Of a DNA stretch of 64,000 nt, positions 7,398-18,040 are shown piece after piece. Source of the DNA: an uncultured Verrucomicrobiales bacterium. Its GTDB lineage: Bacteria > Verrucomicrobiota > Verrucomicrobiia > Verrucomicrobiales > Akkermansiaceae. The DNA lies in assembly GCA_949372665.1 (NCBI GenBank), contig CASIAV010000031.1, positions 8,699 through 72,698 on the forward strand. Direction: 5' to 3'. A program made the position numbers and the translations under genes. How positions within the stretch are numbered: the stretch's first letter is position 1; every line of letters starts with the position of its first letter. The notes under the pieces are model-generated. The model was not told the DNA's origin and ran no database searches. It was given only the letters and a program-made list of their open reading frames with translations.

Positions 7398-10202
7398 ATG
7401 AAGAAGAGCCTTTCAATTGTATTCAGCATTGCGTGCCTGATGGGGCCGGCAGCTCTTGCTGCTATTGCTGACGAGAAGGCGTTAGAGATTTTTGAGCACT
7501 ACTGCTTCGATTGTCACGGCGACGGCTCGGACAAAGGGGGGCTGGATCTCTCTGTGATACTCGGGAAAGAGGACTTCGATGGTTCTCTGATTTTTGAGAA
7601 TTTGGTGACGGGGAAAATGCCTCCCGCGGACAAAGATCAGCCGGATGCAAAGGAGAAGCGAGAGCTGCTGGAATGGCTCGCTGGTCGGCAGGGAAAGCAT
7701 GTTGAGAAATCCTTCCGTCGTCTTAGTCGGTATGAATTTGTTCATTCGGTGAATGATTTGTTGAGGACAGACCTCGATCTTGCCGGAAAAATTCCCGAAG
7801 ACCGGGGGACGAACGATTTTGATTCCAATCGCAAGATCAAGTTGAGCCGTGAGATGCTGGGATCGTATTTTTCAGTGGCAGACGAAATGCTCGATCATGC
7901 CTTTCCGGATGATGGGTTTCCCGCGGAGAGGAGCTGGGTCACGAACAAGGTCCGAGACAGTCATGAGAGCTACCGGATCTACCATCGGCCCTATCAGGAA
8001 GGCGCCCTTTTCTCGTGGACCCGGGCCAACAATGGCAACAGCTATTCTTTCTTCTACGACAACTTTGAGCCCCCGGTGGCAGGCTGGTATGAGTTGACAT
8101 TTGATGCCGCTAAGGTGGCCGACTTCGAAGACGATATGAGCCTGCAAGTTTATGCGGGAAAGTATTACTATGCCGATGACCGGCCGCAGCTGCAGCGTTT
8201 ACTGGGGGTGGTCTCGTTGGGGAACAAGAAATTGGAATCGTATCCCATCCGCGCCTACCTCCATCCCGGAGAAAGCGTTTCGGTGCACTGCTTTTCGCGG
8301 CACAATTTTCGTCAAAAGAATCCAAAGGAGGGAATCTACATCAAGCAATTGAAGGTCCGGGGGCCGGTGGTGGATTCATGGCCTCCGACGTCTTATCAAC
8401 AAGTCTTCGATGGATTGAGAATTGAGGCCGGGCAACGGAAGGCCCAAAAGGCTTCCGGGTTCCAAACTGAGCTCAAGCGGATCGGCGGCGTGTTTACGGT
8501 AAGTAGTTTTCAGGAGGGGATGGAAAAGGAAAGGATGCAGGATGGTTCGAATCTGACCTTCTGGCACACGCGCTTCTCTCCCTCAGTGGCGAAGCCGCCG
8601 CATTATGTGATTTTTGAAAACCCGAATGGAGCGGTCATCGAAGGACTTTCTTTTGCGACCTGGTCGGGCGGAAATGGCAATGGCTTGGTCAAGGCATACG
8701 AGATTTACTTTTCCGACGATGGAAAAACGTGGGATGATAAGGTGATGGAAGGTGGACTGGATGTCAGGCTTGCCAACGAACAAGCGGTTATCTTTCCGCA
8801 GGAAACGACCAGTCGCTTTATCAAGTTCCAGGTGACGGCCTCCGTTCAATTAGATGGGAAATCAATCGCTTCGATTGGCAAGTTGGACCTTATCACTCCT
8901 TTGGTTGAACAGGTTGAAACGTCCACGGTTACAGTTGCTTCAAGGAACCCCGATGATTTAAAAAAAGTGATTCGCCGTTTTGCGAAGCGAGCTTTTGCGT
9001 CGACTCTCAGTGAGGAGGAATTGGCGCCATACTACCGGGTTGGACTTCGCCGACTTGAGGAGAGAGGCGACTTTGTCGAGGCGACCAAGGTTGGGCTAAA
9101 GGCTATTCTTTGTTCACCAAGATTCCTGATGGCGCCCGGGGAGCATGCCAATTCGTCGTTTGGCAAAGCCTCGGATCTCGCTCGTATTTTGTGGCTTTCG
9201 GTTCCCGATGAGGAACTTTTGAAGTTGGCTGTTTCAGACTCGCTTCATGGCGCGACCTTGAATGATCAAATTCAGAGAATGTTGGCCGATAAGCGCAGCC
9301 GCCGCATGGTTCGCTCCTTCAGTGATCAGTGGCTGAATCTGCGTGGCCTCAATAAGGTGGCGCCTTCCTTGAAACTCTACCCGCTTTACGATGACCTTCT
9401 GAATTACTACCTCCCCATCGAAACCCGGAAATACCTTCAGCATTTGATCCATGAAAATCTTCCCGCCCGAAATCTCATCGATTCGAATTTCACTTTTCTC
9501 AATCAACGGCTTGCCCGGCACTACGGGATCAAGGGAGTGACTGGACAAAAAATACGCAAGGTAAACTTTTCAGACGAAGTGCCCCGTGGCGGACTTCTCA
9601 CGATGGGGAGTGTCTTGAAAGTGACGACGGATGGCTTCGAAACCTCGCCCATTTTACGGGGAGCCTGGATCTCCAAAAATATTGTGGGCACGCCGCTCTC
9701 GCCACCGCCGGAGAGTGTTCCGGCCTTGGAACCGGAACACGGAGAAGCAAAGACGCTCAAGGAACAGATCGATCAGCACAAAAGCAACAAGACTTGCTAC
9801 GCCTGCCACAAGAGTATCGACGGGTATGGCTTCGCATTGGAGAGCTTTGATGCCACGGGGGGATGGCGTGATCAATATCGGGTTAAGCAAGCCCATGGAG
9901 GCACTTTTCAGTATCGTCCTCAAGGCTACTTTAAGAGGGGTGCACCAGTTGATGCATCCGGAGAGATCGACGATGCCAGCTTCCAGGACATTTTTGGGCT
10001 CAAGAAGGTTTTGCTCTCCAGCGAGCGGAAGCTTGCCTATAACTTTGGGAAGAAGTTTTTCGAATACGCCTATGGAGACAAGCCGGATTTGAGCCAGCGC
10101 CTTCAGTTGTGGGACTTTTTTGGAACGAATCCTGGAAACCTACGACTGGGAACTCTCATGACCCACGTCCTTACTCATTCAACGAACGGAAAAGAGAAAT
10201 GA
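7398..10202 (+). CDS. Large secreted two-CxxCH protein of DUF1587/DUF1595/DUF1592/DUF1588/DUF1585 type with an inserted F5/8 type C (discoidin) domain
   Basis: Start chosen at ATG 7398 (MKKSLSIVFSIACLMGPAALAA signal) rather than the track start 7266. N-terminal CFDCHGDG. SRYEFVHSVNDLL (DUF1587-like). SPRFLM (DUF1592-like). SPILRGAWISKNIVGTPLSPPP (DUF1588-like). CYACHKSIDGYGFALESFD (DUF1585-like). Confidence 0.85.
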   Translation: MKKSLSIVFSIACLMGPAALAAIADEKALEIFEHYCFDCHGDGSDKGGLDLSVILGKEDFDGSLIFENLVTGKMPPADKDQPDAKEKRELLEWLAGRQGKHVEKSFRRLSRYEFVHSVNDLLRTDLDLAGKIPEDRGTNDFDSNRKIKLSREMLGSYFSVADEMLDHAFPDDGFPAERSWVTNKVRDSHESYRIYHRPYQEGALFSWTRANNGNSYSFFYDNFEPPVAGWYELTFDAAKVADFEDDMSLQVYAGKYYYADDRPQLQRLLGVVSLGNKKLESYPIRAYLHPGESVSVHCFSRHNFRQKNPKEGIYIKQLKVRGPVVDSWPPTSYQQVFDGLRIEAGQRKAQKASGFQTELKRIGGVFTVSSFQEGMEKERMQDGSNLTFWHTRFSPSVAKPPHYVIFENPNGAVIEGLSFATWSGGNGNGLVKAYEIYFSDDGKTWDDKVMEGGLDVRLANEQAVIFPQETTSRFIKFQVTASVQLDGKSIASIGKLDLITPLVEQVETSTVTVASRNPDDLKKVIRRFAKRAFASTLSEEELAPYYRVGLRRLEERGDFVEATKVGLKAILCSPRFLMAPGEHANSSFGKASDLARILWLSVPDEELLKLAVSDSLHGATLNDQIQRMLADKRSRRMVRSFSDQWLNLRGLNKVAPSLKLYPLYDDLLNYYLPIETRKYLQHLIHENLPARNLIDSNFTFLNQRLARHYGIKGVTGQKIRKVNFSDEVPRGGLLTMGSVLKVTTDGFETSPILRGAWISKNIVGTPLSPPPESVPALEPEHGEAKTLKEQIDQHKSNKTCYACHKSIDGYGFALESFDATGGWRDQYRVKQAHGGTFQYRPQGYFKRGAPVDASGEIDDASFQDIFGLKKVLLSSERKLAYNFGKKFFEYAYGDKPDLSQRLQLWDFFGTNPGNLRLGTLMTHVLTHSTNGKEK

Positions 10203-11434
10203 AGCAATACCGCCGAAGAGAGTTTTTGAGGTTTGGAGCGGCCCTTCCGTTGGCTTTGCATTCGCTGAATGCGCGGGCGGCAAGCGCCCTAGGAGTGGAA
10301 GCCCCGCCGAAACGGGTCATCTTCATTTGCAATTCGCTCGGTTTCTATGAACCAAATTTCTTTCCCACCAAGCGGGGGGACTTGACCAGTTCCAAGTATC
10401 TCAAAGAGATGGCAGTGAGGGAGAAAATGACGATTTTTCAAAACTTCTTTCACCCGGGGATGGAGACTAGCAACCATGATTCGGAAAAGTCTTTCCTGAC
10501 CGGAGCGCCGAGTCCCGAAGCCACGAATTTCACCAATACTATTTCGCTCGACCAGATCCTCGCCCGCGAGATGGGTGGTGACACGCGATTTCCGTATCTT
10601 TCCTTCAGTATCTACGACCGTGGCTGGGGATGCTCCTGGAATGATCGCGGGGTGGCCATTCCACCGATGCATGACGAACGGCAGATCTTTGAACGGCTCT
10701 TTGGTGAAGAAGATCTGAGTGCGAAGCGCCAACAGATCGAGAACGACCAGCAGATCGTGCACTCCCTCTACCGCGACATGGAGCAGATCAAGAAGAAGGG
10801 AGGAGGCGATGCCTCGAAGATCGAATCCTACCGGACCGTCATTTCAGAACTGGAAGCGCAATTGAAGCACGAGGAATTTTGGCTCAAAACCAAAAAGCCG
10901 GAAGTTCCTAATACCTTGAGCGATGACCAGGAATTCGCTTTCTCGACCAAGGTCCGCAATCTCTTTGAGCTTTCCAAACTGGCGTTGCAGACGGACTCGA
11001 CGAGAGTCATTACGCTCTCGCTTGATTGGATTTATGGCGCGATCAATGTTCCCGGCGCGACGGGGGGATGGCACACCCTTTCGCACCACGGAGGCAAGGC
11101 TGATGCGCTCGGCAAGCTCAGCCGGATCGAAGTCGACATCGTCAAACATCTCGACCGCTTTCTCGCTGAGCTCGATCAGATCGACGAAGGAGAGGGGAGT
11201 TTGCTGGACCATACCACCGTGGTGATCGGGAGTAATTTTGGTGATTCTTCAAATCACACCTGCAACAATCTCCCGACAATCGTGGCAGGTGGCGGTTACC
11301 GTCATCAAGCCCACACCGTTCTCGAAAAGCCGACTCCTCTTTGCAATCTCTACCTGGAGCTGCTCCACAAACACAATGTGGACTTGGGTGCCTTCGGAAG
11401 TAGCGAGAAGGACCTCGGTTTGCTTAAAGGGTAA
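10199..11434 (+). CDS. DUF1552 (HXXSHH) domain protein, Tat-signal
   Basis: Start at ATG 10199, overlapping the upstream TGA (ATGA). RR leader MKQYRRREFLRFGAALPLAL. Signature WHTLSHHGG. Confidence 0.85.
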   Translation: MKQYRRREFLRFGAALPLALHSLNARAASALGVEAPPKRVIFICNSLGFYEPNFFPTKRGDLTSSKYLKEMAVREKMTIFQNFFHPGMETSNHDSEKSFLTGAPSPEATNFTNTISLDQILAREMGGDTRFPYLSFSIYDRGWGCSWNDRGVAIPPMHDERQIFERLFGEEDLSAKRQQIENDQQIVHSLYRDMEQIKKKGGGDASKIESYRTVISELEAQLKHEEFWLKTKKPEVPNTLSDDQEFAFSTKVRNLFELSKLALQTDSTRVITLSLDWIYGAINVPGATGGWHTLSHHGGKADALGKLSRIEVDIVKHLDRFLAELDQIDEGEGSLLDHTTVVIGSNFGDSSNHTCNNLPTIVAGGGYRHQAHTVLEKPTPLCNLYLELLHKHNVDLGAFGSSEKDLGLLKG

Positions 11435-11643
11435 ATCGGATCCATTATGGGATCTTCATCATCGTGACCTTTGAGATTCCTTCGTCATTACAGGCGACCA
11501 GAGGGGCGGCGACTCATTCCAAGGGCAGGGAGAGGCCAAGTAGCTTGCAAAGGTAAAGCATCAGGCAGGTGGCCTTCTTCAAGTGCTTATTATCCATTGA
11601 CCTTTACCCCTGAGTCACTACATCGCTTGGATTGAATTGGGTC

Positions 11644-14115
11644 ATGAAGAAGCAAGTATTACTCCTCATTTTGCTTTTGCCGGTTTCGGTAATGGCGGTG
11701 GATATGCGGAGCTACAACGATCTTGTGATGCCGTTTTTGGACAAGCATTGCACGAACTGTCACGATGCAGATGATCCGAAAGCCGACCTAGACTTGTATG
11801 CGATCAACGCAGAGTTCGATAAGATTAAAACGGTGCGGGTCTGGCAGAGAATCTACGAGCAGGTCCAATATGATGAAATGCCGCCTGCAAAAAAGAAGCG
11901 CCCTGATGCCGCGGAGCTGCAAAAAGTGATCCAATGGATCTCTTCTGAACTCAACAAATCAGGACATGGCACCGGTCTGGAGGAGAAGCTACTGCTGCCT
12001 GATTACGCCAACTACATGAGCCACGAATTGCTGTTCAATGGCAGTATTACAACAAAAGCGTATACCCCGGCTCGCTTGTGGCGCACCCGCCCGTTTATTT
12101 ACGAAGCGAACTTTGCCGAGCGATATGGGAAGAAGCCCAGGCAGGGATTTCAGATCGGAGGGAAAGGCCGAGATATCGTTAAGGAAGGCGATCATGCAGG
12201 AAAGACTCTTGCGCGTGGACGATCCTACCAACACCTGCGTTATGCCAACCCCTTTTTTCAATTCGTGCACCATGCTTCGGGGATTACCGACTATAGCTCG
12301 ATTGTAGCTGATCAGACTTCCCTTGAAACACTGCTGGTGAATGCGGAAAAGATGGCTGAGATCTTGACGGTCGGCCGAGCGATTCCTGTCAGCGTGACGA
12401 TTAAAAATGACGGTAGCAAGTTCGCCAACAATCCGGGTGGCTTTGCCGGGGGGGCTGTTACCAGTTTCGTGAAGAATGTCGGCTTGATCAAACCGGCTTT
12501 TATTAAAGTGCTCAACTCTAAGGGAACTCCAAGCGACGCGGACATCAACACGGCGGTGCAGACCTGCTTTAAGGTCCTCTTGCATCGTGACGGGAACCCC
12601 GAAGAAGTGCGCCGCTACGGCGACGACCTGTTTAAGAAGAACTTACCTCAGGGCAATCTAATGGCACTGCAAAGCGTCCTAATCGCCATGGCGATCTCTC
12701 CGGAGTTTGTCTATCGTCTAGAATTGGGCATGGGTGAAAAGGACAGTCACGGCCGCCGACATCTCTCAGAACATGAGCTTGTTTACGCCTTGAATTATGC
12801 CCTGTTCAACAGTCCTCCCTTTGATGACTTTGACCACAAGCGTAGCAAGGACAAAAATAAAAAGGGAGGCCTAGATTCGCCGGGTGTCGACGACCTGCTC
12901 TACTATGCGAAGAACAAAATCTCCAAGCATCCACTGGACGGAGTGGAGGATATGGCGCTGATTGATGAGACCTTGGAAAAGTTTCTCATGACCCCTAGGG
13001 GAAGTGTTTCGGGGCTCGGCGAAGTGATGAAAGCAGGCCAGCTCAAGACAAAAGAAGATGTGGAACGTGAGTTACGCCGACTGCTCAGTGTGAAATTATT
13101 CACTCGTCCCAAAAGTGACAGTCGCCCGGCGCATCGAATTAAAAATCCAAGGATCCTCCAGTTCTTCCGGGAATTTTTCGGCTACCACCACGCTCCCAAT
13201 GTGTTTAAGGACGAAAAGCGCTTTGCTTATTATTCGGAGAGCGGCACTCGAAGCATGGTCAGCGACACTGACCAGTTAATTCTCTACCTTGTTGACCAGG
13301 ACGAAAATGTGCTGGAGAACATGCTGACCACAAACCTCAGTTTTTTTAGCACGAGCATCGGTAATAGACCATTGAAAGCGGCTCAAAAAGCGCAGGAAAA
13401 ATTTGAAAGTAAAAAGATCACAGGCGAACTGAGCCCGATTGAGAAACTGCATAATAAACATTACTCGATGTCTTATAATGTGAATCCGGGTAGCGCTGAA
13501 AATTCGAGTAAAAAGCCCTACAGTCTGCCTAAAGCGCAACGCATTGGCATCCTCACTCAACCCTCTTGGCTGGCCGCCCATTCAAATAATTTTGAAAATG
13601 ATCCTGTGCGCCGAGGCAAGTGGATACGTGAAAAGCTGCTGGCCGGCTTTGTCCTTGATGTTCCCATTAACGTAGACGCAAAGGTGCCAGAGGATGAAAA
13701 CAAGACGCTACGCGAACGTTTCTCGGTCGTTGAAGCTGAAGAATGCTGGCGCTGTCACAAGAAAATGAATCCGCTCGGGATGCCTTTTGAAGGTTATCAT
13801 GACAGCGGTCGTTTCCGTACTGAGGAGAAAGGCAAAGCGGTCACCACCAAAGGTGCCATAAGCTACAGCGGGGAAAAAGATCTTGATGGCGAAGTGGCGA
13901 ATGTTTCCGAGATGATGCACAAGCTGGCTCAGTCCAAGCGCGTTAAGCAATCATTCGTCAGACATGCGTTTCGTTTTTTCATGGGACGTAATGAATTGCT
14001 CAGCGATTCGCAAACTCTCATCAATGCGGAAAAAGCCTATGTCGATAGTAATGGAAGTTTTAAAGAAATGTTGATTTCACTTCTCACGTCAGATTCATTT
14101 TTATACCGGAAATAG
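11644..14115 (+). CDS. Large secreted two-CxxCH protein, DUF1588/DUF1585-type C-terminus
   Basis: ATG 11644 (MKKQVLLLILLLPVSVMA signal; the track start is TTG 11632). N-terminal CTNCHDAD...DEMPP. C-terminal GILTQPSWLAAHS...DPVRRGKWIREKLL and CWRCHKKMNPLGMPFEGY. Confidence 0.8.
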   Translation: MKKQVLLLILLLPVSVMAVDMRSYNDLVMPFLDKHCTNCHDADDPKADLDLYAINAEFDKIKTVRVWQRIYEQVQYDEMPPAKKKRPDAAELQKVIQWISSELNKSGHGTGLEEKLLLPDYANYMSHELLFNGSITTKAYTPARLWRTRPFIYEANFAERYGKKPRQGFQIGGKGRDIVKEGDHAGKTLARGRSYQHLRYANPFFQFVHHASGITDYSSIVADQTSLETLLVNAEKMAEILTVGRAIPVSVTIKNDGSKFANNPGGFAGGAVTSFVKNVGLIKPAFIKVLNSKGTPSDADINTAVQTCFKVLLHRDGNPEEVRRYGDDLFKKNLPQGNLMALQSVLIAMAISPEFVYRLELGMGEKDSHGRRHLSEHELVYALNYALFNSPPFDDFDHKRSKDKNKKGGLDSPGVDDLLYYAKNKISKHPLDGVEDMALIDETLEKFLMTPRGSVSGLGEVMKAGQLKTKEDVERELRRLLSVKLFTRPKSDSRPAHRIKNPRILQFFREFFGYHHAPNVFKDEKRFAYYSESGTRSMVSDTDQLILYLVDQDENVLENMLTTNLSFFSTSIGNRPLKAAQKAQEKFESKKITGELSPIEKLHNKHYSMSYNVNPGSAENSSKKPYSLPKAQRIGILTQPSWLAAHSNNFENDPVRRGKWIREKLLAGFVLDVPINVDAKVPEDENKTLRERFSVVEAEECWRCHKKMNPLGMPFEGYHDSGRFRTEEKGKAVTTKGAISYSGEKDLDGEVANVSEMMHKLAQSKRVKQSFVRHAFRFFMGRNELLSDSQTLINAEKAYVDSNGSFKEMLISLLTSDSFLYRK

Positions 14116-14125
14116 GAGCTAGCTC

Positions 14126-15490
14126 ATGAAATACAGCAGACGCCACAGCATCAAAACCCTCGGGAAGCTATCTCTCGGAAGCATGGCCTTCACGCCCTTC
14201 ATGAATCATCTGGCAGCCCAGCGTACTACGGGAGCCACGCCTAAAAGATTTTTGTTTGTGCTGAAAAGCAGTGGCCTTACCGAAGAGCACATCACCCCTC
14301 CGGCCTATCGGCCTTTTCTTGAGAGTCCTGTCGATAAAGTGATCGATAAACCGCTTCAGGGCGTCGCGCTGCCCGAGACTCTAACCTCTCTTGATCCGTT
14401 CAAGGATAAGATGACGATCGTGCAGAGGATCTCCGGCAAAATGTGTGCCACGGGCCATAGTGGATTTTATGGCGCGCTGGGTGCCTTTAAGGGTTCGAAC
14501 ACCAAAAAGCCGATCGCTCATACCATCGATGGTTATCTGGCCAAGAAGTTCCCGAGTGTTTTCAATCATGTGGGTTTAAAGACGGGCAACGGTTCGGAGT
14601 CTGTTGCTTATCCATCTATTTCTTCGGCTGGAGGGGGTAAGCAACTTCCCTATCAGTGCAACCCTATGATTGCCTATATGAATCTCTTCGGTTCGATCGC
14701 AGAATCTGGAGATGTTCAAAAGAAGTATGCGGCCTCAGGCAATATCTTGGACTTCGTATCCAATGATGTCAAAAAGCTGAAGCGACAACTCAATGGGGCC
14801 GAAGCCGAGAAGCTCGACTATTATCTAGAGGGGTTTGATGCCTTGAAAGAGCGCCGTATAAAGCTCACCGGCATGCAGAAGATTTTGAATCAGAATGCAC
14901 CGGAGGTGACCGACACATTCACCTCGCCCAACCCCACGCATCATCTCGAAGCGCACTTTGATTTGGCGGCCGCCACTCTGATCAGCGGTCTCTCCAATTC
15001 TATCAGTATTCTTTGCGATGATCTTCAAACAAACTACGACGGTATTGGAATACCCGGGACAGTTCATGGCATCGGCCATGGCGCGACGATCGGCGAACAC
15101 AATTCCGAGCAGTGCCGAGATTTGATTCGTAAGTTTCACCTCGAGCTTCTCTCTGGGCTGATGCATAAGCTTGCGAAGGTGCCAGAAGGCGATGGCACGA
15201 TGCTGGACAATACCGTCATCGTCTACCTTAGCGATAACTCAGATAAGCATCACTCCTTCGCCAACGAGTGGCCTCTTTTGCTTTTTGGCGGTAAGTTTAA
15301 TGGCCGGCTGAAGTCCACCGGGCGCTATCTACAGTATCCCGATTACGGCAAGCAGGGACATCGGACGATCGGCAACTTCCTTACAACCATCGTGCAGGCG
15401 GCCGGCTTGCCCGACAAACATTTTGGCCACTTGGATCTTGGGCTGAGCGATCTCGACCAAGAAGGTCCCCTCCATGAACTCTTAGTTTAA
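14126..15490 (+). CDS. DUF1552-like protein, Tat-signal, with a degenerate HXXSHH motif
   Basis: RR leader MKYSRRHSIKTLGKLSLGS. Collinear with the other two DUF1552 ORFs. The position of the HxxSHH signature reads HGIGHG. Confidence 0.75.
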   Translation: MKYSRRHSIKTLGKLSLGSMAFTPFMNHLAAQRTTGATPKRFLFVLKSSGLTEEHITPPAYRPFLESPVDKVIDKPLQGVALPETLTSLDPFKDKMTIVQRISGKMCATGHSGFYGALGAFKGSNTKKPIAHTIDGYLAKKFPSVFNHVGLKTGNGSESVAYPSISSAGGGKQLPYQCNPMIAYMNLFGSIAESGDVQKKYAASGNILDFVSNDVKKLKRQLNGAEAEKLDYYLEGFDALKERRIKLTGMQKILNQNAPEVTDTFTSPNPTHHLEAHFDLAAATLISGLSNSISILCDDLQTNYDGIGIPGTVHGIGHGATIGEHNSEQCRDLIRKFHLELLSGLMHKLAKVPEGDGTMLDNTVIVYLSDNSDKHHSFANEWPLLLFGGKFNGRLKSTGRYLQYPDYGKQGHRTIGNFLTTIVQAAGLPDKHFGHLDLGLSDLDQEGPLHELLV

Positions 15491-15512
15491 TCTTTCTCTC
15501 TCTCCCTAAATT

Positions 15513-16532
15513 ATGATGAAAAAACTCACCCTCTTCCTCCTCGCATGCAGCCTGTCTAACGGTCTCCTCGCAGCAAACAAGAAGCTCAAGGTCTACATCT
15601 TGGCTGGGCAATCCAATATGCAAGGACATTGCACGACCTCTGTGATTGAGAACCGCTTAAAAGATCCGAAACTTAAAGTGGGGTTCGAAAAATACCATCA
15701 AGGTGGATCCTTCGTTAAAAGGAACGATGTTTTCATTAATCACATCGAAAAAGAAATGCATGGACCCATGAGCGTGGGCTATGGGGCCAGTAATGAGAAG
15801 ATTGGCCCGGAACTTTCCTTTGGATGGACCATCGGTGACAAGCTGGATGAAGACGTGTTAATCATCAAAGCAGCCTGGGGAGGGAAATCACTCTTTCGCG
15901 ATTTCCTGCCGCCCAGTGGCCGGAAGCCGGACGATGCCTTCATTCAGGCGCTGGAAGATAAAGCAAAAAAGAAAAAGAAGCCCTTTTTAAAAGAGGAATA
16001 TATGGAGGGGTTTGGGCATTATTATCGACTGATGATGACAAGTGTTGGTGAGACTCTCGGTGATCTCAAAACTTACGCGCCCAACTACAAGGGGCAGGGG
16101 TATGAGATTGCGGGGTTCGTCTGGTTTCAGGGCTTCAACGATAAGTTCTCTGACCATTCCACAAGCACCTATCAGGAGAACATGGCGCATTTCATCAGAG
16201 ATGTCCGCAAAGACTTAAAGTTACCCAAGCTTCCTTTTGTGATTGGAGCGATGGGGCACCAAGGCACCGAGCAAAAAGGAACGACCAAGATCCTCGCCGA
16301 CGCGCAAATCGCGACCGCGCAAATGCCTGAATTTAAAGGCAGCGTCATCACCGTGAAGACCGCTGATTTTTGGGACTACGATGCCGGGAAAGCTTTCGAG
16401 AATAAAAACAAGGACCCCGATACTTGGGCAAAACTTGGGAGTAATAGAGCGTATCATTATTTTGGCAGCGCTGCTTTCTTTGAGAAAACAGGAACTGCCT
16501 TCGCGGATGCGATCATCGAATTAGGGAAATAG
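15513..16532 (+). CDS. Sialate O-acetylesterase-like (SASA/DUF303, CE6-like SGNH) secreted esterase
   Basis: Signal peptide, then KVYILAGQSNMQGH, AAWGGKSL and FVWFQGFND motifs. It is paralogous to 51159-51881 and 51997-53058. Confidence 0.75.
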   Translation: MMKKLTLFLLACSLSNGLLAANKKLKVYILAGQSNMQGHCTTSVIENRLKDPKLKVGFEKYHQGGSFVKRNDVFINHIEKEMHGPMSVGYGASNEKIGPELSFGWTIGDKLDEDVLIIKAAWGGKSLFRDFLPPSGRKPDDAFIQALEDKAKKKKKPFLKEEYMEGFGHYYRLMMTSVGETLGDLKTYAPNYKGQGYEIAGFVWFQGFNDKFSDHSTSTYQENMAHFIRDVRKDLKLPKLPFVIGAMGHQGTEQKGTTKILADAQIATAQMPEFKGSVITVKTADFWDYDAGKAFENKNKDPDTWAKLGSNRAYHYFGSAAFFEKTGTAFADAIIELGK

Positions 16533-16543
16533 AACGACCAAGC

Positions 16544-18040
16544 TTAGGTAAGGATATCGCTGATCACTTTCCCGTCGGTGGTTGGTCCAATGAGACGTTG
16601 GTCAAGTCCCTGATAGGAAAAGCTGAAGCGATGTGGATCAAGTCCGAGCTGGTGCAGGATCGTGGATTGTAAATCACGGATCCCCACTTTGTCTTCCGCG
16701 ATGTAGTAACCAATGTCGTCTGTCGAGCCGTAGGCACCTGGCTTTACCCCGGCTCCCGCCATCCACATCGTGAAGGCGTGCGGGTGGTGGTCGCGGCCGT
16801 AGAATCCTTTTTTCAATTCGTTGCGCACGTTGTTCTGCATCATCGGGGTGCGTCCAAACTCGCCGCCCCAGACGATGAGTGTTTCATCGAACAGACCACG
16901 CTGTTTCAGGTCTTTGATGAGGCCCGCGATGGCCTTGTCGATTTGCTGACATTTGATCGGCAAAGTTTCATCGATTGATTCGCCCAGTGACGAACCGTGG
17001 TGATCCCAACCCCAATCGTAGAGCTGCACGAAGCGCACTCCGTTTTCGACCAGTCGCCGTGCTAGGAGGCAGTTGTTGGCGAAGGTTGGATCGTCGCCCT
17101 TGTAAATCTGGCGTGGGTCGGCAGCGGTTTCGGCGGCAGAAACGTGGCCCGGTTGCGCACCGTAAAGATCCAAGATGTGCTTTGGTTCCTTGCTGATGTC
17201 CATCACCTCCGGGACCGACATTTGCATGCGGAAAGCCAACTCATACTGCGAGATGCGAGTGAGGGTTTCCGGGTCGCCGATTTGTTGGTGCTGGAGTTCG
17301 TTTAAGTCGTTGAGGGCGTCGAGTGTTTTGCGGCGCATTTGACGACTCATGCCCTTCGGGTCCGAAAGATACAGGATAGGATCGCCGCCATCAGTGCGGC
17401 ACTGCACACCCTGATAAACGGTCGGCAGGAATCCCGAACCCCACAAGGATTTGCCGGCACTTGGCGTTTTACCGCCTGAGGCGAGCACCACAAACCCGGG
17501 TAGGTTCTGGTTCTCGCTGCCGAGTCCGTAGGTCACCCACGATCCCATCGATGGTGAACCAAGGAGTTGGCTTCCGGTTTGCAAAAGAAGCTGCGCGGGC
17601 GAGTGGTTGAACTGTTCGGTGTGCATCGAGCGGATGACACAGACATCATCAATCACGGAACTGAGACCGGGAAGGAGACTGCTGATCCACTGGCCACTCT
17701 CGCCATGCTGGGCGTAGTCGAATACAGGACCCATCATCTTTGGCTTCCCCTTGATGAAGGCGAAGCGTTTTCCTTCGAGATACTCGTCCGGGCAAACCTT
17801 GCCGTGATACTTGGTTAGGGCCGGCTTGTTCTCAAACAAATCAATTTGTGATGGCGAGCCCGCCATGTGCAGGTAGATGATCGACTTGGCCTTGGCCGGA
17901 ATGCGGAACCGCGGCTTCGCGGCTGCTGCTGTCTCAGCCGACAACAATTGCTGCAGGGCAATCGCACCGAAGCCGAGACCGGATTGCTTGAAGAAGTGGC
18001 GCCGCGTATTTGCGCGAAGTTGTTCGAGTTTGAGGTTCAT
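16544..18040 (-). CDS. DUF1501 domain protein, Tat-signal
   Basis: RR leader NTRRHFFKQSGLGFGAIAL. Motifs HMAGSPSQIDLFE and WGGEFGRTP...GRDHHPHAFTMWMAGAG. ATGA overlap with the upstream gene at 18037-18040. Confidence 0.9.
   Translation of the reverse strand: MNLKLEQLRANTRRHFFKQSGLGFGAIALQQLLSAETAAAAKPRFRIPAKAKSIIYLHMAGSPSQIDLFENKPALTKYHGKVCPDEYLEGKRFAFIKGKPKMMGPVFDYAQHGESGQWISSLLPGLSSVIDDVCVIRSMHTEQFNHSPAQLLLQTGSQLLGSPSMGSWVTYGLGSENQNLPGFVVLASGGKTPSAGKSLWGSGFLPTVYQGVQCRTDGGDPILYLSDPKGMSRQMRRKTLDALNDLNELQHQQIGDPETLTRISQYELAFRMQMSVPEVMDISKEPKHILDLYGAQPGHVSAAETAADPRQIYKGDDPTFANNCLLARRLVENGVRFVQLYDWGWDHHGSSLGESIDETLPIKCQQIDKAIAGLIKDLKQRGLFDETLIVWGGEFGRTPMMQNNVRNELKKGFYGRDHHPHAFTMWMAGAGVKPGAYGSTDDIGYYIAEDKVGIRDLQSTILHQLGLDPHRFSFSYQGLDQRLIGPTTDGKVISDILT

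Noticed and set aside
8538-8552. GGTTCGAATC word resembling a tRNA T-arm.
   Set aside because: It lies in frame inside the 7398-10202 CDS, encoding ...DGSNLT.... No acceptor or anticodon arms are foldable around it. No intergenic gap in the window is tRNA-like.
11435-11643. TTGACC ... TACATC as a sigma70-like promoter upstream of 11644.
   Set aside because: The -10 match is poor, and PVC promoter consensus is not well defined. The evidence is not strong enough to annotate.
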